Below, piece by piece: positions 42,001-53,003 of a stretch of DNA of 64,000 nt. The position numbers and the translations under genes are program-made. The notes beneath the pieces are model-generated. The model worked only from the letters and a program-made list of their open reading frames with translations. It did no database searches and was not told the origin of the DNA. This DNA comes from an uncultured virus (IMG/VR IMGVR_UViG_3300043101_000273). Taxonomy: Duplodnaviria; Heunggongvirae; Uroviricota; Caudoviricetes. Where the stretch lies: IMG/VR virus record IMGVR_UViG_3300043101_000273; one strand, given 5' to 3'. Each line of letters opens with the position of its first letter. The first letter of the stretch is position 1.

Positions 42001-42468
42001 AAGATGAAGAAAAAAATATTATCAATCCCTTGTAGTTTTAATATTACAAGGGATTCTTAAAAAGAAATAAAAAGCATTCCTTAAATGTTTTTTATATATA
42101 TAGATGTGTCCAAAATTCATTTTTGGAAAATATCATAGCATAATTCCTTTCGTGTAGAAAATGACGTATTATTTTTTAATAATACGTTTTTTCTTTTTAT
42201 AAAATAAAAAAACAGCTCACAAAGAACTGTTTTTCAATATATCTTAAAAAATAAGAAAAATTAAAAAATTATGGCAAAATTTTTTCAACTTAAAAATACA
42301 AAATTATTTGGTAAATATAATATTTTTTAAAAAATACTTGACAAAAATTTGAAATTGTTGTATACTAAATTTACAAAAGTGTATAAGCTGTTTATTAAAA
42401 CTCATACACATTTGTAAAAACAGCCAGCCAAAAAAGAACTGCCCTTAAAAAGCAGTTCTTTTTTTTCA

Positions 42469-43869
42469 TTATAATCTATTTAATATATCTTTTACTAAAT
42501 CACTTCTAACACTTTCACCATCTTTTAACGTAATCTGACAAGCAAGAGGACTATCTTTCATTAATTCACTTGCCCAACTTAATCCATTATTCTTTTCATC
42601 AAGATATATATTATCTATCTGATTTATATCACCTAATATAATTATCTTTGTATCAATACCAATTCTTGTTAATATACCTTTCATTTGACTTACAGTACAA
42701 TTCTGTGCTTCGTCAATAATAATAAATTGTTTATTAATACTTCTACCTCTCATATAAGCAATAGCTTCTGCTGTAATTATATTCTGGTCAAATAAGTATT
42801 GTACTTTACCTTTTAATTCTTTCTCATTCTTATATCTTTCTTTTTCATTACTATCTACTAAAGCTTCTAAGTTATCCATAAAACCTCTTAAAAATGGATT
42901 TATCTTTTCTTCTTCTGTACCAGGTAAATAACCTATATCTTTACCCAAACTTTCTACTTCTCTTGTGATTAATATTCTTCTATAATCAGTATATCCATTA
43001 AAAGTCTGTTCTAATCCACAAGCTAATGTAATAAAGTCTTTACCTGTACCACTACCACCTTGAAGTATAACCAATGGTATATCTTCTGCACTTCTCATCA
43101 TTGCATCAATAGCAAATTTCTGACCTATATTCTTACCTGTTATACCATATGGATGATATTCATTTAATATAAATTCTATTTCAGTACAATCTTTTGTTAT
43201 TATTCCCATTAATGTAGAATTACTATCTTCTATTTTATGTATAAGCAAATATTCATTAGGATGAAATTCTCTGCTACTTAATTCACCTAATTCATTATAT
43301 ATATTATCTATTTCATCAATCTTAATTTTATTACCATTACTAAAAGCTTGACTTATATAAATTTCTGATATATAAATTTCCGCTCTACCTTTATATTCAT
43401 TGTCAACTTGTGTATTCTCATAATCTTCTGCTGTAATACCCATTATATCAGCTTTGATTTTTACATTTATATCTTTACTTATAATTATTACATTTTCTCC
43501 TGCTTCTTTTAAGAATTTGGCTACTTGAATAATCCTATTATCACTCTTAGATTTTTCCCAACTTTCGGGTAAATTCATATTATAATGATTGTTTTCAATT
43601 TTTAATATACCATAACTATCATCAATTTCATTTATACGAATACCGTCAATCAATGTCGTATTTTCTAATTTACCTTTTTCTCTTAATTTATTTATTTCTC
43701 TACTTACAGCTCTTGCATTATTATTGATATCTTTCTTGCCTTTCTTAAAATTATCAATTTCTTCAATAACTGCTTCTGTAAGTATAACTATATTATCTTC
43801 AAATTTATAAATACTTTGTGGGTCATCTAATAAGATGTTTGTATCTAATACATAATATTTTTTATTCAT
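42469..43869 (-). CDS. phoH: PIN domain plus PhoH-family ATPase (PhoH2/YlaK type)
   Basis: VLDTN PIN motif; GGSGTGKD Walker A; GYLPG, MRGRS, IIDEAQN, GDINQID. Confidence 0.93.
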   Translation of the reverse strand: MNKKYYVLDTNILLDDPQSIYKFEDNIVILTEAVIEEIDNFKKGKKDINNNARAVSREINKLREKGKLENTTLIDGIRINEIDDSYGILKIENNHYNMNLPESWEKSKSDNRIIQVAKFLKEAGENVIIISKDINVKIKADIMGITAEDYENTQVDNEYKGRAEIYISEIYISQAFSNGNKIKIDEIDNIYNELGELSSREFHPNEYLLIHKIEDSNSTLMGIITKDCTEIEFILNEYHPYGITGKNIGQKFAIDAMMRSAEDIPLVILQGGSGTGKDFITLACGLEQTFNGYTDYRRILITREVESLGKDIGYLPGTEEEKINPFLRGFMDNLEALVDSNEKERYKNEKELKGKVQYLFDQNIITAEAIAYMRGRSINKQFIIIDEAQNCTVSQMKGILTRIGIDTKIIILGDINQIDNIYLDEKNNGLSWASELMKDSPLACQITLKDGESVRSDLVKDILNRL

Positions 43870-44016
43870 ATATACACCTCAGTCTTTATGTATTAAGCAA
43901 AAAATATTTTGCTTGTTATTATATAAATAAAAAATTGCGGTTTATAAAAAATAGAAAAATTGTTAGAATATAAAAAAATACTTGACAAAAAAGAAAAGAT
44001 ATAGTATAATATACTT

Positions 44017-44245
44017 AGTAAGAAAATAGTAAGAAAAATATAATATATTTAATAAGCATCTTTTATCTTAGGTAAAAACTAAGATATATTCAAGATGACT
44101 TCGGGCGATTTGCCGTCCGAAAGGTGAGGGTAGTTCGTTTCACATATCGCTCAATACTTGCGATAGAACTTTAAGACTTGCACCGCTTTGACGAAAGAAG
44201 CCAACCACTCGCCAGATTCAATATATAGTATGTAATACTTTTTAT
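44017..44245 (+). ncRNA. Unidentified structured ncRNA, copy 1
   Basis: Promoter 43982-44010; covarying helices versus copy 2; 37-nt identical core 44096-44132. Confidence 0.75.
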
Positions 44246-45180
44246 TTTTTAGTTTTTAAAGTTTTATCTAGTAATATAATTTATTAAAAGATAGGCAAAA
44301 AACATTTTATTTACTTATATTTTTGTGAGAATATAGTAAATAATAAATAAAAAATAATATTTGAAGATAACTTTTCAATGAGTTCCAGAGTTAGTATTTC
44401 AAATACTAACAAAAAATACTATTATGTATTGGACAGGTATTATTACTAATATACTGGGAAGCAAAAGAGATTTCAATGGAGAATGGTTAATTCATTAAAA
44501 GCATTGATACTACTATGCTAAAAGGCAAAAGTTAAAACATAGTTGTTTTATTTATAAACCTTTAATAATTATTATATTTTTCATATTACTTAATATTTTA
44601 AAAATGAAAAACTAAATATAAGATAATTTACTTCTAAAAAGAGCAAATATTCTGAATTTATATACAGTGCATATGAAAATATGTGTTGTATATTAAAACC
44701 TTATTAATTGTCTTGATTATTAGTTTTTTTAGAAAATAAATATATTAGTTTTTACTTCTATTTTTGTAGGTTAAAGATGATTTTTAAAACTAATAATTAT
44801 TATTTTCGTATTATAATTAAATATATTTCTTTTAAATATTAAACAATTTACTTCTATTTAATTTTTTAATTATAGACTATGATTAACTTTAATTGTTTAA
44901 ATTGTTAAAATTAATATATTAAGAATCCTGAACATTAGATATGATTTAGTTTACTTCTATTTTTTGATTACAGCAAATATTTCAAATTTATTTAACTAAA
45001 CCAATTACTAATGTTTTTTATTTTCAATAACTAAGATTATATTGTCTTAGTTATTTTTTTATTAGAAAAATTCCTAATAATTATTTATATTTAAACAAAA
45101 AACTTCTTGACAAATTATAAAATGTATGGTATAATATATGTAAATCAAATAATAAATTTCTTTCAAAGGAGAAGTTTTAT

Positions 45181-45522
45181 ATGGAATTTTCATTTTTTGG
45201 AGAAACAATTAAAAACGAATTGGATTCTGATAACGAATTCTATTGTAAGTATAAAAATATTATTATAACAGCAAAAAAAGAAGAATATAGTTATAGTTGT
45301 TATATAAAAATTAAGAATACAGACTTCGAAATCTTTTCATACGAAGATACAATACAAGAAGCCATTCAAGACACAATTGAAGAACTGGAAATAGAAATTC
45401 AAAATCTTATATATGATTTTAAAAAGACAATGAATATTTTATCTAATATTCCAAACTTAGAAGAAAAAGAAAACTTCTATTGTACTAGTTGTGGTTGTAA
45501 AATGCTATATAAATTACAATAA
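45181..45522 (+). CDS. Hypothetical protein, paralog of 45541, C-terminal CxxC
   Basis: Promoter and RBS; shared Y.C.I.IK.T...AIQ.T..ELE. Confidence 0.85.
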   Translation: MEFSFFGETIKNELDSDNEFYCKYKNIIITAKKEEYSYSCYIKIKNTDFEIFSYEDTIQEAIQDTIEELEIEIQNLIYDFKKTMNILSNIPNLEEKENFYCTSCGCKMLYKLQ

Positions 45523-45540
45523 AGAAGGAGATGTTTAATA

Positions 45541-45864
45541 ATGAGATTCGTTTTTTTTAAAAAGAATATTGATGTAAGAAATGATTTAAAGAAAAAACAC
45601 GAATTTTATTCCGAATATGATAATTTTATTGTCGAAGGAGAGTATGATGAACTCAAAGAAGTATACTATTGTAGTATTTCTATTAAAGACACTAATCTTT
45701 ATGTTTCTGAATGTGCTAAAACAATGAAAGATGCTATTCAAAACACTTTTAATGAATTAGAAGAACAACTTTGTTTTATAGCGGAAAAAACAAAAAGGAA
45801 TATAAAAATGTTATCTAACACTAGTGATTTGCCAACAAAGCTTAAACCATTAGAAAATGTATAA
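45541..45864 (+). CDS. Hypothetical protein, paralog of 45181
   Basis: AAGGAG RBS; paralogy. Confidence 0.85.
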   Translation: MRFVFFKKNIDVRNDLKKKHEFYSEYDNFIVEGEYDELKEVYYCSISIKDTNLYVSECAKTMKDAIQNTFNELEEQLCFIAEKTKRNIKMLSNTSDLPTKLKPLENV

Positions 45865-45987
45865 CATTATATTTTAAATATAGTGCCGAGAACTCCCCGA
45901 ACCTTTAGGTTCGTGGGATGAATCGGCATATAAAAACTCAGATTGTGTTGTAATAAGCTCAGATATTTCTATTATTCATAGGAGGTA

Positions 45988-46398
45988 ATGCTTATGGGTA
46001 ATTGGAAATCTGCAAGTCATAACAAATACTTATTACAATATCATCTTATATTTGTATGTAAATACAGAAAAAAATTGCTGATAAGTCAGTATGTTTCTGA
46101 TGATATAAAAAGATTATCAAGGGAGATATGCTATAAGCATAATGTTTCTATAAAGTATATGGAAGTAGACAAAGACCATATTCATTATATGATAGAGACC
46201 AAACCAAACATAAACCTATCAGATTTTGTTAGGACTATGAAAAGTTATACAACTTATCATATATGACAAAAATATTCGCCATATCTAAGTAATTATTTTT
46301 GGAAAGAACATACTTTTTGGACAGATGGATATTTTATATGTTCGGTAGGTAATGTTAGTGAAAAGACTCTCAAAGAGTATATAGAAAATCAAGGTTAG
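45988..46398 (+). pseudogene. tnpA: Y1 HUH transposase with in-frame TGA at 46264-46266
   Basis: YHLIFVCKYR and DHIH motifs; frame continues past TGA with FWTDGYF and the catalytic YIENQ to TAG 46398. Confidence 0.9.
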
Positions 46399-46409
46399 GA
46401 GGTGTAGTT

Positions 46410-47510
46410 ATGAATAAAGCAATCAAATATAGAATATATCCAACAGAAGAACAGAAAATCTTATTTGCTAAGACATTTGGTTGTTGTCGCAAGATATGGA
46501 ACTTAATGCTTGCCGATAAAATAGCTTACTATCAGGCAAACAAGCAAATGTTACAGACTACACCTGCTCAGTACAAGAAAGAATATACATACTTAAAGGA
46601 AGTAGATTCTTTGGCACTTGCAAATGTTCAAATGCACTTACAGACAGCCTACAAAAACTTCTTTACTAACCAAAAAACAGGTTTTCCAAAGTACAAGTCA
46701 GCCAAACACAGTAAGAAAACTTACACTACTAACAACAACAAGCAGAAAGGTACGATTGCATTGTATGATAAAGGCATAAAGTTACCTAAACTTGGTATAG
46801 TAAAGGCTAAGATACACAGAAAACCCGATATAGACTGGGTACTTAAATCTGCTACCATTTCACAAGGCAGTGACGGTAAGTATTATGTATCTGTTCTTTT
46901 TGAGTATAATATTGTGATTGCAAAATCAACAGATAATAAATGTATCGGCTTAGATTACAAATCAGATGGTCTTTATGCAGACAGTGAAGGTAATATTTGT
47001 GGCAGTCCTAAATATTACAGAAAATCACAAGATAAGCTTGCTAAAGCACAGAGAAAACTTAGACACAAAACCATAGGTAGCAATAATTATAAGAAACAGC
47101 AGAAAAACATAGCAAGGATATATACACATATATCAAGCCAAAGAAAAGACTTTCTACACAAAAAATCCACCGAGATAGCCAATCAGTATGACATAGTTTG
47201 TGTGGAAACCCTTGATATGAAGGCTATGGCTAATAAAGGATTTGGTAATGGTAAAGCCACATTAGATAATGGTAATGGTATGTTTCTTACTATGTTGGAT
47301 TATAAACTTACAGATAGAGGTAAACAGCTTGTAAAGGTAGATAAGTGGTATGCCTCTACCCAGATATGTTCAGGTTGTGGTAACAGACACCCTATGAAAT
47401 TATCAGATAGGATATATCATTGTGAGTGCTGCGGTCTTACAATAGATAGAGATTACAATTCAGCAATAAACATAAAAAACGAAGGACTTAGGCTTATAAG
47501 TATAGCCTAA
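46410..47510 (+). CDS. tnpB: RNA-guided endonuclease TnpB
   Basis: AIKYRIYPT N-terminus; RuvC GLD / VETL / DRDYNSAIN; CxxC..CxxC Zn finger; putative omega RNA ~47500-47649. Confidence 0.95.
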   Translation: MNKAIKYRIYPTEEQKILFAKTFGCCRKIWNLMLADKIAYYQANKQMLQTTPAQYKKEYTYLKEVDSLALANVQMHLQTAYKNFFTNQKTGFPKYKSAKHSKKTYTTNNNKQKGTIALYDKGIKLPKLGIVKAKIHRKPDIDWVLKSATISQGSDGKYYVSVLFEYNIVIAKSTDNKCIGLDYKSDGLYADSEGNICGSPKYYRKSQDKLAKAQRKLRHKTIGSNNYKKQQKNIARIYTHISSQRKDFLHKKSTEIANQYDIVCVETLDMKAMANKGFGNGKATLDNGNGMFLTMLDYKLTDRGKQLVKVDKWYASTQICSGCGNRHPMKLSDRIYHCECCGLTIDRDYNSAINIKNEGLRLISIA

Positions 47511-47696
47511 GATACATAAACAGTAGGTTAGGAACTAGCCAAACTTATACGCTTGTGGACTTAATGGGAAAACTGCCCTTATGGGTGTGATAATAACCGT
47601 TGAGGTTGAAACAAGAAGCTCCGAGGTTTTAGCCTCGTGAGCAGTTCACCATAATATAACGTTTTTATATATAAAAATTTATAAGGAGAAATTATT

Positions 47697-48164
47697 ATGT
47701 ATACTATTATTCATCCAGTAATAAAATTTTCAAATAAAGTAAATACTCTTATAGAAATATTAAATATTTCTCAACGAGAACTTAATTCTTTATTATTAAA
47801 ATATAATTCTTTTTTATTGGATGAAATCTTTTTTAATAAAGAATGTAATAGAGATATTAAAAAGGAATTTTTTATTTTAAGAAAGAAAGGTTTTCATATA
47901 AACACAATTAATTTAAAAGATACTTTTTACTTGACTTTTACAGCTTCTGATAAAAAAGTTTATACATTATCACAATTAGTGTTATGCGACTTAATAAGTG
48001 TGGATTTGTATAAGTCAATTATTGCATCTATTCATAAGAATTTTTCAGATAAATATAAAGTTACTGAAACAATTATTTGCTTTGAAAAATACGAACAAGT
48101 TAATGATTTTGTACGATACTTAAATAAAACATATAATACTAAATTTTATATAACGAATGCTTAA
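47697..48164 (+). CDS. Hypothetical protein, distantly family B-like
   Basis: AAGGAG RBS; weak similarity to 37455 and 37968. Confidence 0.75.
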   Translation: MYTIIHPVIKFSNKVNTLIEILNISQRELNSLLLKYNSFLLDEIFFNKECNRDIKKEFFILRKKGFHINTINLKDTFYLTFTASDKKVYTLSQLVLCDLISVDLYKSIIASIHKNFSDKYKVTETIICFEKYEQVNDFVRYLNKTYNTKFYITNA

Positions 48165-48242
48165 ACACATTTGCAAATCATATAAATATTTTTGGATATA
48201 TAAATACACATTTTTACAAATTAAGAAAGGTGGAAGATAACT

Positions 48243-50438
48243 ATGAATATAATGAATGAAGTTTTATTGCGTAGAAAAAATTCTTTTATTATTACAGAAA
48301 AAGAATTTGCTTATGATTCTTTTGTTGCTGCTAAGAATAAAGAAGATTTGCTTGATTTCTTAAATGAAGATAGTAAATTAAAAGACCTCAATCACAAAAA
48401 GTTTAATAGTCTTGAAGAATTTTACATTGCTTTCGTACCTGACTATCTTGGTAAAAAAGATATTATTAATGATTGTAATGGATATTTTAAAAAATTAGGT
48501 TATACATTAGGTTCTTCTTTTGATGATTTAGTTTTTTATAAATTAGACCATATCAGAGATACTCTTATGGAAGTTTATGATATTCTTAAATCTTTAAAAG
48601 GAGCTGATGTTAATTATTCTACATTAAACGATATATCAACTGATACTGAATCAGAAGATAGTTCAGAAGATAGTGTAGAATTAGTTAAATTAGAAAAGGC
48701 TACTTTTAATGATTATGCAAAAATTATCAAAAACCTTCTTAGTTCAAAGACTTCTTTATCTAATAAAGACTTAGAAGATATAAAGAATTCTATTTCTGTT
48801 AATAGTAATATTATTCTTTCTATTAAAGAAATTCCATTTAAAGAGAATCTTATTGCTGTTACTAAACTCCTTATGGAAAATGATTTATCTTTATACACTA
48901 CTAAGTGGTTTAATAATACAACCGACGTATTAAGACTTATTGTTGGTTTATCTGACGGTGATATTTCTTTAGTTACTCCGTGTCGTTTTAAGAACCTTAA
49001 AAATAGAGAAAAGAAATTTATCGTATCTTTATTAAACACTGTTATTAAAAATAATAACAATGCTTACGAAGATATGTATAAAAAGAAAAATCTTTGGATA
49101 ACCGCAGCATATAAATTAAATGTAGGTACTTTTAAACAGTATGATTATGCTCTTAAAGCTATTTCTATGCTTAGAAACGGTGAACATATTGATACATTTA
49201 TGGGTAAAGTTAATAATCTTATTAATACTAACCAAATTATTCCTGCTGTTGATTTGCTTAAAACAAGACCAGGAGAATTTGCAAGAAGATTAAATGAATT
49301 TATCAATAAACCTGACCTTACTGAAAAAGACCTTCATTATATCATGAACACTTATAAGAATATTGTAGATAAATTAAGTTCTACTGTTCTTATTTCTATT
49401 ATTACTTTCTTTAAGAATTATAATAAGGAAGAATTAAGAGTGTTTAATGTAAAAGCTAATTCAAGTAAATCCTATGCAGTCTTAAATACTTGTAATGATT
49501 TAAAGAGTAAGTTTATTGATTATATTATTCAAGTAAGCAATAATGCTCTTGTTAATCTTTATATGAAGAAAGATTATATGGGTTATATTTATTTAGGATT
49601 AGATTTTAAAGACTTTGCTATTCCTAACACATTAAGAACCAGTAATTCTACAAGTAGAATTGTTACAAGAGGTAGTAGAGAATCTTTTGATTATGATAAG
49701 TTAAGAACTTTTATTCATTGGACTAATACCGAAAAAGGTGCAAGAATAGATATTGATTTATCATGTGGTTTCTTTACTGAAAACTTAACTTGTGTTGAAT
49801 ATGTAGATTTTACTCATTTGGAATGTAATGGTGTAAAGCATTCAGGTGACATTACCGATGGTGGAGATTTTAATGGTAATGGAGCAGCTGAATTTATTGA
49901 TGTAGATATAGATGTTCTTAAAGAACATAATATAAAATATATCATACCACAAGTTTATGTATTTTCAAGTATACCTTTTAGTAAGTTGAACTGCACTTTT
50001 GGTTATACTAATGAATTTACAAAAAATATAAATCCTAAAAATGTATTCAATAAAATGGCTATAACAGCAAATGAAACAAATATTATACCATTTATTATGG
50101 ATATTGAAACTAAAGAAATTATCTATGTGGATGCTCCTATTACTCATTGTGATAATATGAAAAATAAAACTCAAATGGTTGAAACTCATTTAAATGATTT
50201 ACAGGCTATTTTATACAACTTTATTCATACAAAGAGAATGAGTATGTATGATTTAATTAAATACAATATTCAAGCAAGAGGTATTGAAACGGATGATATA
50301 TATAATGCTGATGTTGTCTTTACAAATAAGCAAATAGATTTTTCTGAACTTAACAAAGAAAGAGAAGAAAATAATAAACCTTTAATTAGAGTTATTTCTG
50401 CTTATGATATTGACGAAATTGTAGGAGATTTATTATAA
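48243..50438 (+). CDS. Large protein with C-terminal TerD-like domain
   Basis: TTDVLR, RPGEFARRL, RGSR, IDIDLS, HSGDITDG...GAAEFIDVD motifs. Confidence 0.75.
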   Translation: MNIMNEVLLRRKNSFIITEKEFAYDSFVAAKNKEDLLDFLNEDSKLKDLNHKKFNSLEEFYIAFVPDYLGKKDIINDCNGYFKKLGYTLGSSFDDLVFYKLDHIRDTLMEVYDILKSLKGADVNYSTLNDISTDTESEDSSEDSVELVKLEKATFNDYAKIIKNLLSSKTSLSNKDLEDIKNSISVNSNIILSIKEIPFKENLIAVTKLLMENDLSLYTTKWFNNTTDVLRLIVGLSDGDISLVTPCRFKNLKNREKKFIVSLLNTVIKNNNNAYEDMYKKKNLWITAAYKLNVGTFKQYDYALKAISMLRNGEHIDTFMGKVNNLINTNQIIPAVDLLKTRPGEFARRLNEFINKPDLTEKDLHYIMNTYKNIVDKLSSTVLISIITFFKNYNKEELRVFNVKANSSKSYAVLNTCNDLKSKFIDYIIQVSNNALVNLYMKKDYMGYIYLGLDFKDFAIPNTLRTSNSTSRIVTRGSRESFDYDKLRTFIHWTNTEKGARIDIDLSCGFFTENLTCVEYVDFTHLECNGVKHSGDITDGGDFNGNGAAEFIDVDIDVLKEHNIKYIIPQVYVFSSIPFSKLNCTFGYTNEFTKNINPKNVFNKMAITANETNIIPFIMDIETKEIIYVDAPITHCDNMKNKTQMVETHLNDLQAILYNFIHTKRMSMYDLIKYNIQARGIETDDIYNADVVFTNKQIDFSELNKEREENNKPLIRVISAYDIDEIVGDLL

Positions 50439-50552
50439 TAAGTATATAAAAAAGATGGCTACTTTTTAGTCATCTTTTTTTGTTAAAAATTCTTGACAAA
50501 ACATAAAAAAAGTAGTATAATATAACCAAATTAAAAATAGGAGGTAAATCAA

Positions 50553-51050
50553 ATGACAGTAGGAGAAAGAATCAAAATAAAACGTAAAGAACTAGGTATT
50601 ACACAAGGTAATTTAGCTCAAAAACTTGGGTATAAATCTCGCTCATCAATCAATAAAATTGAGTTAGGTCAACAACAAGTAAGTCAGCATACACTTATTT
50701 TAATTGCTCAAATCTTACAAACAACACCAGATTACTTACTTGGTTACACACAAGACAAAGACGTTACACACGCAGATTTTATAAGAAAGTTGAACAGTTA
50801 TGAAATAAATCGTATAGTAAATGTATTCAACAATGCAACCGAAGCGGATAAGGATAAGTTTTTTGATTTATTAAAAAATTTAATGGAGCAATCAAACGAT
50901 GATAAAGATGCTTTTTTTGAAATATCAAAGAGAGTATTAAGAGCAACTTGTGAGGATAAAAAAATTATCTTAGATATAGTAAAAATACCATTTTTTACTA
51001 ACAGAGAGAAAAAATTACAAAAAGAGGAAGAAGAACAACAACAGACATAA
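50553..51050 (+). CDS. XRE/Cro-CI family HTH transcriptional regulator
   Basis: GERIKIKRKELGITQ..LA..LGYKSRSSINKIELG...YLLG. Confidence 0.92.
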   Translation: MTVGERIKIKRKELGITQGNLAQKLGYKSRSSINKIELGQQQVSQHTLILIAQILQTTPDYLLGYTQDKDVTHADFIRKLNSYEINRIVNVFNNATEADKDKFFDLLKNLMEQSNDDKDAFFEISKRVLRATCEDKKIILDIVKIPFFTNREKKLQKEEEEQQQT

Positions 51051-51184
51051 TAAAAACTAACAAAAAGGGATATTCCTACAACAATATTGGTTCTACAAGA
51101 TTAGAGGATAGCGTATCAACCTCTAATGAAGTTAATTTAGTACCACAAGTTGAAATAACAGAAGCTACTGGTGACATAGAAGAT

Positions 51185-51466
51185 TTGGAAGTTAGTGACA
51201 CTGATTTGAAATATGACGATAGAAGTCCTATTGTAACAGGTAGAATTACAAATACTACAAGTGAGGAAAAAGATTGTTATATTGAAGTAGTTTTCTATAA
51301 TTCAGAGGGTAAAGCAATTGCTGTTACCGAATCAAGTGTTGATAATATTCCTGTAAATGGTAAAAAGAGTTTTGAAAACTCAGGATATTTCATAGAGAAT
51401 AATATAAAATCTACTGATATTACTGATTATAAAGTTTTCGCTAGAATAACTAATTATTTTTATTAA
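51185..51466 (+). CDS. FxLYD-like beta-sandwich fragment (frame open from 51002, no clear start)
   Basis: VTGRITN...VVFYNSEGKAIA...IP..KKSFE. Confidence 0.6.
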   Translation: MEVSDTDLKYDDRSPIVTGRITNTTSEEKDCYIEVVFYNSEGKAIAVTESSVDNIPVNGKKSFENSGYFIENNIKSTDITDYKVFARITNYFY

Positions 51467-51519
51467 TATAAACGAGGGAGATATAATTCTCCCTCTCTTT
51501 TTTAGAAAGGAGAATATAT

Positions 51520-51922
51520 ATGAAAAAATTTGATATAGAAGATAAATTTCTTTATTATTTAGGAATATTTTCAATTGTAATGACAATTATTTATTTTATC
51601 TAAGTATTTCATCATAGAAACAAACTGCTTCTTGAAAAAAATTGTTAATATATATTGTCCTTTATGTGGAGGTACAAGAGCTACTATATTATTATTTCAA
51701 GGAGAGTTTTTAAAAAGCATCTATTATAACCCTATTGTAATTTATACAATATTATTAGGAAGTGTTTTTATGATTAAAAATACTATTGCCATATTGTTTG
51801 ATAAGATTAACGTTTTTAAAATCAACAATAACTATTTATATTTATTTATAGCAATACTAACTCTTAATTTTTTTATTAAGAATTATTTTGTAGTCTTTAA
51901 AAATATTTTCTTAATTGGATAA
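51520..51922 (+). pseudogene. DUF2752-like membrane protein, frameshifted near 51590
   Basis: RBS plus ATG 51520 stops at ~51603; CPLCGGTRA motif continues in another frame. Confidence 0.7.
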
Positions 51923-52149
51923 AAAATGTTTTTTAGTAATATAAAACCAATTATTATTTTTATATAATAAGTGAAGCTGTGTTTTGCAGTTTCCATAGTT
52001 TGCTGCAATGTTCTATTGCAGTTCCTCCTTAAAGTAGTGTGTAATTGTGGTATTTTAAAAGTTACAAAGAAAAGAGTGCTGTCCGATGGCACTCTTTTTT
52101 TGTTTTAAAAATACTTGATAAAAAAGAAAAAATATAGTATAATATACTT

Positions 52150-52375
52150 AATAAGAAAAATATAAAAATGATTTTAACAAGCACCCTTGTTTTTAGAATA
52201 TTCTAAAAATATGTTTCTGGTGACTTCGGGCGATTTGCCGTCCGAAAGGTGAGGGTAATTCATTTCACATACCATTCAACACTTGTGGTAGAATTTTAAG
52301 ACTACACCAAAAAATGACGAGTAGTAGCCCACCACTCACCAAATTCAATATATAGTATATAATACTTTTTTATTT
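52150..52375 (+). ncRNA. Unidentified structured ncRNA, copy 2
   Basis: Promoter 52115-52143; identical core 52221-52257; covariation versus copy 1. Confidence 0.75.
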
Positions 52376-52595
52376 TTTTAGTTTTTTTAAATTCTGTCGA
52401 TGTATTGTAATGTAAAAATGCTAAGAGATTGACAGAAAATTAAAAACGCTTTATTTGCCTATGTTTTTGTGAAAATATAGTAAATAATAAATAAGAAATA
52501 ATAATTGGAGGTAACTTTTCAATGAGTTCGACAAGATTAGTGTTTCAAATACTAACAAAATACACTATTGTATATTGAACGGGTATTAATACTAA

Positions 52596-52928
52596 TATAG
52601 TGGAAAAGCAAAACAAGTTGATATAATACCAGCGAATAAACAAATAACTGAATTTACTGTTACAGATACAGAATTAAAATATAAGAATAAAGTTCCTGTT
52701 GTTACAGGCAAAATAAATAATACTAATAATACAGAACAAAATGTTTGTTTAAAAGTCATATTCTATGATTTTGATAATGAAGCTATTGCTATTAGCGATA
52801 CAAATATTATTATTCCTGCAAATTGTAAAAAGACTTTTGAAATAAAAGGATATTATATAAAGGATAAAGTTGAAGAAGGAATTATAACTAATTATAAAAT
52901 ATCCGCTCAAACTAAATATTTACAATAA
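52596..52928 (+). pseudogene. Start-less FxLYD-like paralog of 51185
   Basis: Hand translation TDTELKY..PVVTGKINN..VIFYDFDNEAIA..IPANCKKTFE; in-frame stop upstream, no ATG. Confidence 0.7.
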
Positions 52929-53003
52929 TTATTGTATAAATAAAGAAAATCAAGCATATAATATAAATATCTTATTAAATCTTTTTGTTAAGGAGAAAAT
53001 TAT

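Larger units (their letters stand above)
45878..47649 (+). mobile_element. IS200/IS605-family insertion sequence (left boundary approximate)
   Basis: Left-end hairpin CCCCGAACC-TTTA-GGTTCGTGGG (~45895-45917); tnpA and tnpB; right-end hairpin CAAGAAGCTCCGAGG...CCTCGTGAGC ending GTTCAC at 47649. Confidence 0.9.

Noticed and set aside
44096..44132. SRP RNA (GTCCGAAAGG resembles the domain IV loop)
   Set aside because: Lacks the CAGG / AAGCAG internal-loop motif; the segment pairs better as TTCGGGCG/CGTCCGAA
46264..46266. TGA-to-Trp genetic code reassignment
   Set aside because: Several genes end in TGA at positions matching paralog ends or terminators (190, 3091, 7426); one in-frame TGA is better read as a nonsense mutation
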